A program made the translations under genes and the position numbers. From Carcharhinus longimanus (lineage: Eukaryota), in the NCBI GenBank assembly GCA_030264375.1, contig JASCQW010000098.1, positions 45,154,745 to 45,218,744 of the forward strand: a DNA stretch of 64,000 bases, in the 5' to 3' direction. Positions 1 through 13,169 of this stretch are shown piece by piece (the first letter of the stretch is position 1; every line of letters begins with the position of its first letter). The notes below the pieces were generated by a model. That model saw only the letters and a program-made list of their open reading frames with translations. It was not told the DNA's origin and made no database searches.

Positions 1-15
1 CAGGAGGGAACGACA

Positions 16-195
16 GGTACGGAAATTGTCCGGTAATTCAAATTGGCGGGATCTTCTGGTCCCACCAATAGTACACCCCCACCACAGGTTTCCTGTGAGA
101 AATCCCATTGACAGCAGCAGGTCCAGAATCCCTGCAAACAATGTACTGCCTCATACCACGTGAAACATGCTGCAAGGATGCCAGAAAATCCCCCC
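16..195. mobile_element. ~200-bp palindromic MITE (probably PIF/Harbinger-mobilised), copy 1
   Basis: Shares GGGATCTTCTGGTCCC, CCCATTGACAGC and the terminal GAAAATCCC with copies at 22017, 35629 and 46356; superfamily is inferred. Confidence 0.65.
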
Positions 196-988
196 AAGGT
201 GATGGCAAAGCAGACGCAGTGTGAAAGGAAAACAAGCAAAATGTCTAGCTCAGTTTCAATGTCATGGATGAGGCATAGAAGCTGTGCTGCTCAGGACTTG
301 TTTGGGTGATTCAGAGCAAGCTAATTTGAATTTACATTGTAGATTCAGCAATTTCTTTTATCTTTCAAGATATTCCAGCCAGCAGTTCACCTGACTCCAC
401 ATGTACTGTACAGTAGTCGACTTGTTCATATTTTGCCCGGAAAGAAATGTTCTAAAGAACCTGACCTGGGCAAACAGATTCTTGTGGGAACCAACGATTT
501 ACTTCATTTAAAATCACAAATTTCAGAAACTGAAACACAACTTTTAAGCCACAACTTACTGTATCATCATGCCTGTACTGAACATGATAACAAAAAATAT
601 AAATCTTGATATTTAAATATTCATGTATGATTTTTTTCCAGAGGTTTACTATTTATTTGCTATTGAAAATATCTGTGGTGAAAATGTGGAGGTTTTCTTT
701 TAGTGCTGAACTCAGGATTGCCATCCCTGCTCTGACAAAGAAGGCAGCCCTACTTCACAGAACAAAACAAATAGATGATGTGGCAAGAAAGGAACAGTTG
801 GTGACCAGAAGCCATAATATAAATACATATAAACTTCACAGCAGGACGTACTTAGCCCATCAAGTCTTTTTTTGTTATTCTGTTTAAATAATAGTTGATC
901 TTGGTTTCACAATTCCATTTACCTGTCTATGGCTTTATTATACAAATAGATAAGGGGCAAAAATATAACTCAACATTGTGGAAACACT

Positions 989-1810
989 TGTGATGACACT
1001 GTGCCTTTAAGAAGTGTATTTTAGTCATTTTATCTGCCAGTTTTTTAAACAGACCTTGATACTTTATTGTTGCCGTAATGTGTGAAGCAATATAATTGAC
1101 CTCATGTTTATTTTTAATCTGGACTAATGCAGTGTTCTGGGGATTTATGAGCCTTTTGGCACTGCTGGGTGGAGCATGATTTACAGGTCAGATGCTTATT
1201 TGAGAACAGTTTTTTTTCCCCCCCCCACAGTAAAGTTCAAGGTTTTAGTTTCATGTTTTCTCTGATGCTGTTTCGACTGCCCTTTCTCTGGAATTGGCAA
1301 TTCTGCTGCGGATGGCTGTTGGAAGCTAGTGGACGAAGGCAGTGTGTTTCTGTCTCTCTCTCTCTCTCTNNNNNNNNNNNNNNNNNNNNNNNNNNNNNNN
1401 NNNNNNNNNNNNNNNNNNNNNNNNNNNNNNNNNNCTAACATGCAAAGGACCAATTCACAGCATATGTTAAAAAGCTGCAAAATCCAGCATCAAGTGAGCA
1501 TTCCTGCTTTTTTGTGCCAAGTCTATAAAGAAGTTTGCTGCTTGTTGTTTAAACAGCATAGGTAGCTGTTAAGGTTTACACTATATCATGGTTGGTTATT
1601 GTAACTGGTAAAAGTTATGCTAATTTTTCTTATTGTATTTTAACTGTGTTCTTAAATAAACTTTGTTTGATAAAAGCTTCCTAGTCGGACACTTGAATCA
1701 TACCTGGAGTGAAATACCTTACGCTCACCCGTGCCAAATTCAAAAGTGAAAAATTAGAGTCTAGGCTATCTTCATAAAACACCTTGGGGTTTCTGGTCTG
1801 GATTCTAACA
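989..1810 (+). mobile_element. Solo LTR (Gypsy/ERV-type)
   Basis: Begins TGT (989) and ends ACA (1810); perfect 4-bp TSD CACT at 985-988 and 1811-1814; internal (CT)n tract; AATAAA near 1655. Confidence 0.8.
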
Positions 1811-1834
1811 CACTCCATTAGTCAATCAACAACC

Positions 1835-1945
1835 GTGGAGATAACAGATAAGCCAATGTTTCAAGAGTGGGTCCTTCATCAGAATTGCAATCAACTTATC
1901 ACTGATTGATTTGCTCCAAGTGTTTACAACATTTTTGGTTTTGTT
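1835..1945 (-). mobile_element. Penelope-like terminal repeat fragment (family B) with degenerate hammerhead motif
   Basis: Minus strand 1882-1853 reads CTGATGA-AGGACCCACTCTT-GAAA-CATTGG. Confidence 0.5.
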
Positions 1946-2039
1946 AAGCAAAGTTAAGTGCATAGACACTTAATTGGGAAAACTGAAAATCATAATGAGG
2001 CAAATGAGGTCAGTGTTCAATTTAAATGTGAAGAATCAG

Positions 2040-2170
2040 ATCAGCAATGCGAAAAATGTAAACAGGAAATGATGAATGGTCACAGTTATGAAGAGAGGCT
2101 CAAGAAAGCAGGACTTATTAAAACAGAAGTTAGGAAAGATAAGCACTAAATATGACAGAAGTTTTCAGAA
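2040..2170 (+). mobile_element. Old CR1 LINE 3' fragment
   Basis: Translates to SYEERLKKAGL, the CR1 ORF2 C-terminal motif. Confidence 0.55.
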
Positions 2171-2302
2171 TCAGTAAACTTTTTAAAACAAAAGTAAAGA
2201 TTTTGCCACTGGTTGGCCTTATCACGTGCAAGCGAAATATGTGGAAGCTTGTGTATGAGCTTGAGTCATAACAATTTCAACCAAAACAGGCACTAGACAA
2301 GG

Positions 2303-2467
2303 ATAAAAGCAAAATACTGTGGATGCTGGAATCTGAAACAAAAACAGAAAATGCTGGATAAATTCAGTGGAGAGAGAAAATAAAGTTAACATTTCAAGTC
2401 CACATTCTGAAGAAGTCACTTCTTCAGTCATGTGAACTCAAAAAGTTAACTATTTTCTCTCTCCACC
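2303..2467. mobile_element. Penelope-like terminal repeats (family B) in inverted arrangement
   Basis: GTGGAGAGAGAAAATAAAGTTAAC (~2367) is inverted against GTTAACTATTTTCTCTCTCCAC (~2445-2466); central palindrome CTGAAGAAGTCACTTCTTCAG; same leader as 3323 and 36160. Confidence 0.7.
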
Positions 2468-3322
2468 GTATAATTATAGTAAAAGTTACTACACTGCCCA
2501 AAGGACCATGATCATGCACAAGTTAGTCTGATAATATCTATTTACTTCAGTTGTTGTCATTTTCACTTTTACTACTCTTCTGATCAAAAGGTACATCTGG
2601 AACTTGAGGATATGCTTTAGTCGGCTTTTTAATTAGTCACATAAATAATGGTGACACTTAAGTTACAATAAAAAAGTTTATTAATCTTCAATCATGCACT
2701 CAGCTATGCACCATGCCAAAGCGTAGATGAATATTCATTCATCTCATTTGGTCTCATTGTTTCCACTACTGTTGTATCAGTTCCTACATAATTTCTGTGA
2801 TGTTGCAAGCGACCCCATATCTCCATCATGCATCCAACTCAACCACTTATTTTGAAAGGGTTTTTTTCACAGTAAATGCTTCCTTATCCTCCTTACTCTC
2901 CCCTCTCCTCTTTCTATGTCTTTCTTTGCTCCTCCTCTTCACTTGTGCCTTCTAGGATATGGTTCTTCAGTTGATGAAAGACCGTGGTTTATTCACCTGA
3001 GTTCCCACCATTCACAGATAAATGTTTAAAGCCTATTTCCCAATTTCCTGTAGTCTGAATGCCTGCTATCCCATTCACGAGTTGCACTTTTCAACGGAGA
3101 GGCCAATAATTTATTTGTTCCTTTAAAATCAATAGACAGAAAAACATGTGATTTTGTAGCGTGCACAGTTAAGGCTGGTAAATTCAGCCCATTACTTGGG
3201 CTGTACAACCAAGATTTGCCAGATTTTGAATTCTAATTCTCATGGAATTCCTTCAGTGCAGAAGGCATTCGGCCCATTGAATCTGCACAAACATTCTGGC
3301 AAAGTATCCTACCCAGACCCTT

Positions 3323-3700
3323 AGAAAAAAGAAAATTACTGTGGATGCTAGAATTTGAAACAAAGAAAATGCCGGTTAATCTCAGCAAATCTGATAACAT
3401 CTGTGGAGAAAGAATAGAGCTGTGGAGGGACAACGGGGCTAATGTTTAGACTCCTGAACAAGAAACTTTTTCTTCTACCTATCAGATGTTAAGGAATGTA
3501 ACGTCCAACAACTCATCGATACCAATGCCCATCCAGGACCCTTCGCCCTTCCCATCCCTCAGATCCTGTCCATTTTAACCCTAGCTTTAGCTGTATTTTC
3601 ACCATACCCTCTAACCTTTCCCTCGGAGGCTGAACTTGCTGTACTCAGCAAAGGACTTGGCTTCATACCCTTACACACCCACCTCAATCATTTTCAGACT
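3323..3700. mobile_element. Penelope-like element remnant (family B terminus plus RT N-terminal piece)
   Basis: Plus strand ~3627-3690 encodes EAELAVLSKGLGFIPLHTHLN, the PLE LSKGLxFxP motif. Confidence 0.7.
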
Positions 3701-3734
3701 CTTCTACACCAAGCAGGCTACTTTACCCTGGAAG

Positions 3735-4640
3735 GTGACAAGCTTCTTCAGTGTTACTGGAACTGCACTCATCCAGGCAAGTGGAGAGTATCACAGTTCT
3801 GATTTGTGCTTTGTAGATGGTGGACAAGCTTTGGGGAGTGAGGAGGTGATTTACTTGCTCTGCTAGCCACATTATTTATGTGGCTCATCCAGTTCAGCTT
3901 CAGGTCAATGGTAACCCCCAAGGATNNNNNNNNNNCAAGGATGTTGATTTTTTTTATATTCGTGGGACATGGGCATTGCTGGTAGGCCAGCATTTATTGC
4001 CCTTCTCTAATTCCCCATGTTCATAGGTCAGTTGAGTCAACCACATTGCTGTGGCCTTGGAGTCACATTTAGCCAGACCAGGTAAGGATGGCAGATTGCC
4101 TTCTGTAAAAGACATTTGTGAACTAGGTGAGTTTTTCTGACAATCGACAATGGTTTCATGATCATCAGTAGATTCTTAATTCCAGATTTTTTTCTTAGCG
4201 AATTCAAATTCCACCATCTGCTATGGTGAAATTCGAACTCGGGTCTCCAGAACATTAGTTGGGTTCATGAATCAATAGTCTAGCAAAAATACGCCTGGGC
4301 CATTGCCTCCCCCGATAGTGGGGGATTCAGTGATGGTAATGCCACTGAATATCAAGGGGTGATGTTTAGGTTCTCTCTTATTGGAGATGGTCATTGCCTG
4401 GCACATGTGATGAGAATGTTACTTGCCACTTGTTGGCCTAAGTCTGAATATTGTCCAGATCTTGCTGCATTTGGATATGGACTACTTCAGTAACTGAGGA
4501 ATTGCAAATGGTGCTGAACAATGTGCGATCATCAGCGAACATTCCCACTTCTGACAGAAGGAAAGTCATTGAAGAAGCAGCTGAAGATGGTTGGGCCTAG
4601 GTCATGACCCTGAGGTACTCTGGCAGTGATATTCAGGGGC
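3735..4640 (-). mobile_element. CR1/L2-group (Crack-like) LINE RT fragment, split by a SINE
   Basis: Minus-strand LGVTIDLKLNWMSHIN and SEVGMFADD-like sequence; collinear with 51125-52940. Confidence 0.85.
3947..4312 (-). mobile_element. tRNA-derived SINE sharing its 3' tail with the Crack-like LINE
   Basis: B-box-like GGGTTCGAAT head; same body as 37195 and 47200; tail AATAAATGCTGGCC matches LINE 3' ends at ~10685 and ~52890. Confidence 0.85.
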
Positions 4641-4943
4641 TAACAACGAAATAGGCATCAGAAGCATGATGAGTCATTAAATTCAGGGGGTGAACAGGTC
4701 AGAAGGGAAATGTGAATACCAAGCTCCTATGGGGTGTTGGGAGGGGTTTCCAAACTCCCATAGGACAGTTCCNNNNNNNNNNNNNNNNNNNNNNNNNNNN
4801 NNNNNNNNNNNNNNNNNNNNNNNNNNNNNNNNNNNNNNNNNNNNNNNNNNNNNNNNNNNNNNNNNNNNNNNNNNNNNNNNNNNNNNNNNNNNNNNNNNNN
4901 NNNNNNNNNNNNNNNNNNNNNNNNNNNNNNNNNNNNNNNNNNN

Positions 4944-5232
4944 NAGAAGAGTTTATTTTATTAGTGTCATAAGTACGCTTACAATAACACTGCAGTGAAG
5001 TTATTGTAAAAATCCCGTAGTCACCACACTGCTTGTTCTGGTACGCTGAAGGAGAATTTAGTATGACCACTGTACCTAATCTGCACGTCTTTCAGATTGT
5101 AGGAGGAAACCAGAGCCAGCCCCACACAGACAGGGTAGAACGTGCAGACTCCACAAAGACAGTGATCCAAGCAGGAATCAAACCCAGATCCCCAGTGCTG
5201 CGAGGCAGCAGTGCTAACCATTGTGCCACCAT
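4944..5232 (-). mobile_element. V-SINE (HE1/DANA-type head and core) with non-CR1 tail
   Basis: Minus strand GGTGGCACAATGGTTAGCACTGCTGCCTCGCAG...GTGGAGTCTGCACGTTCT; tail ACTTCACTGCAGTG...TGACACTAATAAA. Confidence 0.85.
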
Positions 5233-5689
5233 GAGATGCACAGATGAGACATATTAGGAACCTTCCCATCACACATCAGGAAATCAGGAAACGCAAGAAA
5301 TGATGCTCATTCATCTGAGACTAATCCCAGAGGGTGGCATATAGCTTGTTCATAGCTTGGAACTTCCCACAGGTCATAATGAATTCCAGACTAACTGGGA
5401 AAATGGACAAGGTCCTCACGACAAGTACTCTCCCACCCAGGAATGAAGTCCTTGAACCCATATTCACTGACGAGTCCTGGAGAGAAAGACGACTTCATTG
5501 ATATTGCAGACAGGAGACCATCAGAAAGATAGAGGCTAGATTTATTGTCACTTGCATTTTTGCAGGAGGGAAAGGGAAGATTGAAATGGAGGCACCTGCA
5601 TCTGCTAAGGGAAGAGCAATATCCTCAAGACCAAGGCCAGCAGAGCCTCCTCTGGATGCAGAGAACGAGGCTCACAGAGACATCATGTA

Positions 5690-6200
5690 TAAGCAGCTCA
5701 CAAGACCCAAAGTCTATAGAATTCACATGTCTTATCTACAAATGAGCAAGAACCAGTAACCCTGGCAGCTCACATGTCCAGAGATCTGGTGGCTCACATT
5801 TCCTACATTCCTCAGGAATTGGCACCACATGCACTGGGAGGGCATTCATTGCTGGTGGCTGTGCAAGTAACGGTCACTCAACTTTCACTTCTAGGGCTCA
5901 ATGGGGACCATTGTATGAGATCTATTGACTATCCACACAAATGCATTCATGAAGTTACAGATGCCCAAGACCCATAATTACATCAACTTTGAAAGAGATC
6001 TAACAATCTAGGATGCCAAAGCACTGGGCTTTACTGAGATTGCCAGATTTCCACAAGCACAAAATGCCACCCACTACACTCACGTGGCTATCAAAGCTCC
6101 ATGGTATAATGCGCTCCAGTACTTAAACTAGAAGGGTTATCACTCACTCAATGTTCAGCTGGTCTGCTATCATAACAAATTGATTGTGCCAGATACCCAG
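5690..6200 (+). pseudogene. Decayed PIF/Harbinger (HARBI1-like, DDE_Tnp_4) transposase
   Basis: GGHSLLVAVQVTV...HKCIHEVTDA (ORF 5774) followed by IARFPQAQNATHYTHVAIKAP...YLN*KGYHSLNVQLVC...CARYPG; matches the IAGFP..GAIDCTH / NRKGFHSINVQ / ARYPGS motifs, with stops and frameshifts. Confidence 0.85.
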
Positions 6201-6814
6201 GAATCTCACAGAGGGCCTCAGATTGGCTAAAATTTCCAACAGGAAACTCATTCCCCAAATAGTGCAATGTTCTAGAAACAAAAAAGTGAAATGCCCATAA
6301 TAATACCATAAGTCAATACAGATTATACAAAAGTATCTCAAAAGGGAAGCAACACAAAATTGTATTACTTTACGACAAAAAATGTGAGAAGAAATCACCC
6401 ACATCTATCTTAGATCAGCTCAAAATTCATCTTTCCTTATCAGAGAGGAACAGAGCAAAATCTTCAGTCCCCCAAAATAAAGAATATTTCAAAAGCAGCA
6501 AATCAATCAGGTTGAAAGCTACAAAGATTTGTGAAGCCCATAAACTTACAATTTGAGTCTTGCGCCAATGTTATTCAAGCATTTTTTTTAAAAGATTGAT
6601 ATCAGCACTATTTTACCATGATGCACTAGGCTAGTGGAATCTTCGTTTTAGTGGCTGGGCACCCATGTGACATTTCACACGATAATATAGTAAAAGTTTA
6701 CAGCAACAGGTGGAAGCCAATGTGGTCCATCATGTCTGTTCCAGCTGAAAAAAGTGTTCCAAACTGCATCCACAATACAGCTCTTGGTCCACTGTGTTGC
6801 AGGTTTCAACATAT

Positions 6815-7510
6815 TTCATATTTTTTAAATGGTGAGATGCTGGGAAATGTTGAACTTCAAAGTGATTTGGGTGTCCTTGTTCATGGGTCACTGAAAGTGA
6901 GCATGCGTGTTCAGCAAGCAATTAAAACAAAATGTTGATCTTTATTGCAACAGGATTGAGTATAGGAGTGAAGAAGTCTAAACTGCAATTATACAGAAAA
7001 AGCCTTGGTGAGACCACATCTGGAATATTGTTCTCCTTACTCAAGGAAAGATATACTTGTCATTGAAGGTGTACAACAAAGGTTCACCAAATTAATTCTT
7101 GGAGTGGAAGTGTTGTCTTATGAGGAGAGATTAAACAGATTAGGTATTTATTCTCTAAAGTTTAGAGGAATGAGAGGTGATCTCATCCAAACAAAGTTAT
7201 TTCAGGGCNNNNNNNNNNNNNNNNNNNNNNNNAGGTGTCATCTAGCTGGGGGGTCCAGAACAAAAGGGCAAGATCTCAAAATAAGGGCAGACTTTTAGGA
7301 CCGACATGAGGAAGAATTTCTTCACTTAGAGGCTGGTGAAGCTTTGGAATTCTCTGTCAGGAGATTGTGGAGGCTCAGTCATTGAGTATGTTCAAGACTG
7401 AAACTGATAGATTTCTATATATTAAAAACACCTAGCCATACGGGGATGATGCAGGAAACTAATGTTAAAGTAGATCAGGCACAGTCTCATTGCATGGTGG
7501 AGCAGCCATG
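6815..7510 (+). mobile_element. CR1 LINE 3' portion
   Basis: [37 protein letters not shown] motifs. Confidence 0.9.
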
Positions 7511-7834
7511 AATAGATTTAGTATATGCTGAATATTTTATAATGAGTTATAAAAAATGCTTATTCATATATTATAAAATTACCATCAATTTCAAATGATT
7601 AAAAAAATACATTTTGGAGAGGCATGGCTCTCACAGTGAATGTTGTGTGCAATTAACATGCATCTCGCTTCACTTGTCCTTGTTTTACGTGTGCATCACT
7701 TCAGTCATACCGCTAGGGAAAAAAACTACATGGACAGAAATCAGCAGACTGTGACCCTCAGTGTGGACAACAGTCAACAAAATGTCTTGTGGGCCACCCT
7801 TAGAACCCAGATAAGCTGCATGTGGACCCTGAAC

Positions 7835-8030
7835 CACAAGTTGCCCTTTACTGTTATATCATAATAAAACTTCCCAAGGGGCTTCACAGGAGCATTAGAA
7901 AACAAGTATGACATCAAGCCACAATGAGATATTAGATCAGATAATCAAAAGCTTGGTGAAAGAGGTAGTATCTTAAAGGAGGGAAGTGAGGTGGAGAAAA
8001 AAGTCCAGACTTTGGGGCCCAAATTGGTTT
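7835..8030 (-). mobile_element. L2-type LINE 3' end
   Basis: CCCAAGGGGCTTCACAG...CAAAAGCTTGGTGAAAGAGGTAG resembles the L2/DeuSINE tail; no ORF. Confidence 0.55.
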
Positions 8031-8648
8031 AAGGCAAAACCTGGGGACAAACATGGAAGTTGAAGAAGGTAAATTGGCTGAGCCAAAAGTTCAAAGTTGT
8101 AGCGGCCATTTAGTGAGGAAGCAAGTGTTTCAACTATGCAAGAATAGGAACTTACCAGATATTAGGCAATTCTTCTTTTCCCACAGACTAACAAGCCACT
8201 GAAATACATTGCCATCTGGTGTGGTGGGTGTTGACTCTTCATAAGTTTTCAGGAGAGGAGCTGGACTGGGGCCAAGAAAGCATCATTGTCATGTCCCAGT
8301 ATATTCTAAACTTCCAGCAATTTTTTATATCTAAAGAATAACTGACCACAAATGATTACAATAAGATAGCTGTCCGAGGGTTACCTGACTTCTCTTGTGG
8401 ATTGAAACCTGTCCTCTGTCTCAAGAACAAAATGAGCCTTCCAGACTAATGTTAACTCAATGCCTTTTCCTGAAACTAATTTTAAACTGAATGGTTTATT
8501 CAGTTACAAAGATACTGCCTGTCTCAAACTCTCAAGGTGTGAAATCCACAACATGGAATATATATTCAATTTATCCATCCACATTATTTGGAAAAATATT
8601 TTTAGAGTAGTAAATGGTCACATGAACCAGCCACGCTTTCTCTTCACG

Positions 8649-8810
8649 ATGATGTGGAGATGCCAGTGTTGGACTGGGGTAAGCACAGTAAGAAGTCTCA
8701 CAACACCAGGTTAAAGTCTAACCTGATGGAGGAGCAGCGCTCTGAAAGCTTGTGGCTTGTGCTACCAAATAAACCTATTGGACTTTAACCTGGTGTTGAG
8801 AGACTTCTTG
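8649..8810. mobile_element. Penelope-like family A: short inverted-terminus insertion with degenerate hammerhead
   Basis: AGAAGTCTCACAACACCAGGTTAAAGTC is inverted against GACTTTAACCTGGTGTTGAGAGACTTCT, enclosing CTGATGG-AGGAGCAGCGCTCT-GAAA-GCTTGTGG; flanks CTTTCTCTTCACGA / CTTCTCTTTGTGA look like a CpG-decayed TSD. Confidence 0.8.
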
Positions 8811-9904
8811 CTTCTCTTTGTGAGACAGAGTCCCATCAAGAGGCTATTGAACAACTGAGAATAATCTAAGCAGTCAAGTAGTAAGTAATACCTTAAAATT
8901 TTGAGGTTTGTTCATGGCGAGTATGCCTAGGTCCCAGACTTGGGCAGGGGAAGGCCGCTCTGGCCAGTGACAGCGGTGCACACAATGGGGCATTACCTAA
9001 GGAATTGGTCCTAGGAGTTACAGACATGGTATAGTGATGACAAAGTCACGTTCAGGGAAGGCAACTACATCCTGTGTGTCAGCAGTTGAAAAGTCATTGC
9101 AAAAGGATGGTATTAAATGGTTTCATTGGGGTAGCAAATTGCTTAAAGTCAGAATTGCAAGAGAAGGGCAGGGGTCAGGTCGACAAAGGGCACAGGGACT
9201 TCAAAATTAAACAGTCCAGTAAGGAGGACCTCCAGTTCCTATCCCTCAACAAACAACTAACGGAATTAACACGACCACCTCATCCAAGCTTGGAAACACA
9301 AAATCCTTCGCACCCTTTGACCCCACTTATTGGCTTACTTTAAGGTTGCACATTCATCATTAAGCCCTTGTTTTCCAGGAGCAGTCCCACCAGTGGGGTT
9401 GCTGAGCCTAAGTTATGGGCCATCCAATTAGGCTGGCAGCTCTTGGGAGCATCCTCAATCACTAATTGGATAGTAGCCAGTTAATCAACTGCTGCTCATA
9501 AAATGTGACTCCGAGGTCTTCTGATATCCCTGCCTCTTGAGCTAGAAACCTCTGGTTTAAGTCCCACACCACAACTTATTGGCCATAGAAGGGGCATTCA
9601 TGATGTGGTTCAAATGCATTGATAATCAGCCTGCTAACTCTTACTGCATTTCCCCGAAAAATAGGAAAGAAGGCATGTATGGTGACACAAAACAATAAAA
9701 TGTGGCTCCTGGTCCTACCACCCTCAGGAGGTCTTCCTGAGGAAGACCTCCAGCTTTCACTCTTAGTGGCAGAACGTCTTCACGTCAAATCCCAGCCTGT
9801 GTGTGGACTCCTCATTTCACGAGCAGCCAACATCAATAGGCTCACCATATGTAGGTCACGGCTGATTGTAATTAAAAGGGGTTCAGGAGTTCAATTATCT
9901 TCTT

Positions 9905-10730
9905 TCCATCATAAGGTCAGAAGTGGGGAGCATCACTGCTGATGGTACAATGTTCGACACCGTTCACAACTTTTCAGATACTGAAACAGTCCATATTTAA
10001 CTGCACAAGACCAGGACAATATACAGGCTTGGGCTGATAACTGAGAAGCAATATTTGTGCCACAGAAGTGCCAGGCAAAGACCATCTCCAAGTACAGGGA
10101 ATCTAACCAGTGTCCTTTGACTTTCAATGACATTCCAATCACAGAATCCTAGAGACTAGGAATCTTGCAGCGAGTAGTTCACTTTGACTCCCCAAAGCCT
10201 GTTCACAATCGACAAGGCACAAGTCAGGAATGTGATGCCCATTCCAATTGCCTGGATGAGTTCAGTTCCAACAACACTCAATAAGCTTGAAAGCATCCAG
10301 AACAAAGCAAGCTGCTTAATTGGCACTCCATCCATAAACATTCACTCCCTCCCTCACTGCTGCACAGTAGCAGCAGTGTGTACCATCTATAAGATGCACT
10401 GCTGGAATTCACCAAGGCTTCTGAGACAGCACCAATCAAACCCACAATCATTGTCTTCTGGAAGGACAACAGCAGCAAATACATGGAAACATCACCCACC
10501 TGGAATTCCGCTCCAAGCCACTCACCGTTCTGTCTTGGAAACGTATTGTTGTTCCTTCACTGTCACTAGGTCAAAATCATGAAAAACTCTCCCATCAGCA
10601 CAATAGGTTTACCTACACCACATGGACTGCAACAGTTCAAAGCAACAGCTCTCCACCATCTTCTCAATGGCAAGAGGGATAGGCAATAAATGCTGGCTGG
10701 TGAAGCCCGCATGTCTTGAATGAATTTTAA
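9905..10730 (+). mobile_element. Crack-like LINE 3' portion
   Basis: AWMSSVPTTLNKLESIQNKA...VAAVCTIYKMHC (ORF 10184); family 3' tail. Confidence 0.85.
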
Positions 10731-13115
10731 AAAGCTGACTCAGTGAAAGTTTTTTTTTTAAAGAACCATTGTGCTCAGTGGAACATTGACACCCGTGCAA
10801 CTGCTCCTTGCTTCTACGTTGTTAAATCAACTCAATATCTCCTGTGCCATCACAGGCTTACTTTTTGACTTAGTAATTTAAAGCTGGGAGACTGGGCAAA
10901 AGATGCATCTCCTTTAATTCAAATTAAAGATATATTAGTGTAAAATGTGTTGGCTACTTGGACTTTGGACTGAAATTGCCTGTACAGTTGCAGCCAGAAG
11001 GATCCAAATCAAGCATCATTTTAACATCTGGTAAGTTCATAAGTAAAGGCTCCCAAATATCAATAATCCACCTTTTTAGGATCTGGAGTATTCTTTCAAA
11101 TTCAATGTACATCGGACATTTCTAAGATGAAGGAAGAGAAGCAAGTCACAAAGTTAAAGGGAAATATAAAAATACAGACAAATTATAATAAAATAATGTT
11201 CAGGTACACGAGGGAGAATTTACCATGGCAAATGCACCTGACCAGCACCTTTAGGACTGTGGGACTTCATCTTATTATAGCTGTTACAACATAGATTATT
11301 GCTTTCCAGCAATCTTTCTCTGATCTACTGTATTGCTATTTGATTTGTAAAACTGTTGTAAAGACAGTTTCACTTTTATTTTCACAACTGTATTAACAGC
11401 TTTCAGCCGTAAAAAACCACATGGCGCACGTCACTCTCAGTGTCATGTCACTATCAGATCCAATAACGAAATCTCTCTCAATTATTTCATTTCCTGTTAC
11501 TGTGTTAGCTATTTCTTAATTGAATAGTGCTAGTGAGGAACTGACCTTTGAGACCAAAGCTGAACTTGGCTCATGCCAACTTCTCAGCTATTTTGAATCT
11601 AACTGAAACGTTCTAGAGTGCGCCATTTGGAATTTCTGCTTCATTGCATTTCATTAAGATGCATGGTTTTTCTTGTAATGAAAGTCTACTAATGTTACCA
11701 CCCCATATTGGAATCTGATTACATTTATGGATCCAAAAAAAACTATCATGTAGTATTATTTCCAAAGAAAGTATTTGCGCTTCAGCAGAGGATCTGTGTC
11801 ATCAAGTGAAGAAAAGTTCTATTCACTGGCTAGGAAGGAGTTACAATCACACAGATTAAATTTCTCTCATCACTCAATAAAAACTAACATTAAGTTTCCT
11901 ACGTAGAAGAATGTGCAAGTGAGGCAGGTAGTCATTTGTGACATCCTCTGAACAACTGAACTAAATGCTTTAAAACGTTACCTGACAATTTAAGGAACTG
12001 ATCACTAAAAACGATTTATATTATGCGAATATTGAATAAGAGTTTTAATTGGGATCTAATTTGTACATTCATACTTCATTAAAATAAGCTTTTTAATTGG
12101 ATAACCGGAGAGTTCATGAAATTCTTGTGTTTATCAACTCAGTCAGCATCTCATCAATAAAATGAGTAATTTCACAGACAATCTATCAAGAATTGCCATA
12201 TACAAATCTAGCCTTTGCTTGGAAATAAAGAATCTTCTGGTATGCTCAAATTCATCTAATGCTTTGATTCCAGTATGTCTAATTTGGACACTGTGTGATT
12301 ATAAACAGATCTCAAGAACAAACTGTCTATCTACGGGAATTGATAATGTATGTAGTTACAGAAAATCAAGAAAATATTATTGTCTTTTTACTGGATGCAT
12401 GTTTATTAGTTGAAAACTTTACAATGCAAAAATTTGGCTGTTCAGTTACTGTTAATGATTTGAAAAATGTGATCTATATTCATTGGACTTTATTTAGCAT
12501 GATGATAGTGAAGACAGAGATTGTCACAAATGGATGAACTTTTTTTAATCAAATTACAGTCCTGTACTGCTAGTTAATGTGCCCCTTGACTGGAGCAAGG
12601 ATGGAGTCTTACGTAGCTGAAAGCTGAAAGTTAGTACTATTCATTTCTTCTGGTTTGATAGTATACAGGAGATCAATGAATCAGTTTAATTAAAATGCAG
12701 CTAAAATGATTCTGGGGTCCAAATAGTACTGATTCGTAATTCAGTATGGAGTTTTACATCCTGTAAAGTGTATTATTAATTCTGAGCATAAACCTGGACG
12801 TAATAGCACATAATGTGTAATGTGAGCGAGACAAGTACAACATTACCAATATGAGAAAGATCACAGGTTTGGATCCAGGTCATCTACATTTGGTATATTG
12901 CAGCTAATGTGCAATGTTCACAAATAGAAAATAATGAGAAAAGTAAAACTGCATTCAGAAACACAAGAGGATAGCTGCTGCTTAAATTCTAATGTACACA
13001 TACATGCTACAAAAAAAATGAGGACGAGAAACTATAAACAATAGAGTATACAGATTCTCAACCACAGATCACTTTCAATCTATTCTTTTTTCTACAAAAG
13101 GGGCAATACACTTAC

Positions 13116-13169
13116 CATATGGAGAGTATTCCATCCTGAAATCATCTCCACTCAGCAGTACAAACTAAG
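13116..13169 (-). other. Candidate small exon of an unidentified minus-strand transcript
   Basis: Acceptor GTAACTTTTTTTTTACTAG and donor ATG|GTAAGT; a second AG 5 nt inside gives a 49-nt form reading FVLLSGDDFRMEYSPY; no homology recognised. Confidence 0.3.

Noticed and set aside
560-577. 18-nt minus-strand microexon (TTCAG|TACAGGCATGATGATACA|GTAAGT); similar short AG...GT hits near 11981-12005, 41391-41433 and 58560-58639
   Set aside because: Such matches are expected by chance in AT-rich DNA; no recognisable peptide, and the 41391 acceptor abuts a PLE terminus.
4725-4766. Hairpin TCCTATGGG...CCCATAGGA
   Set aside because: Short, abuts an N gap, and is most simply part of a DNA-transposon remnant.
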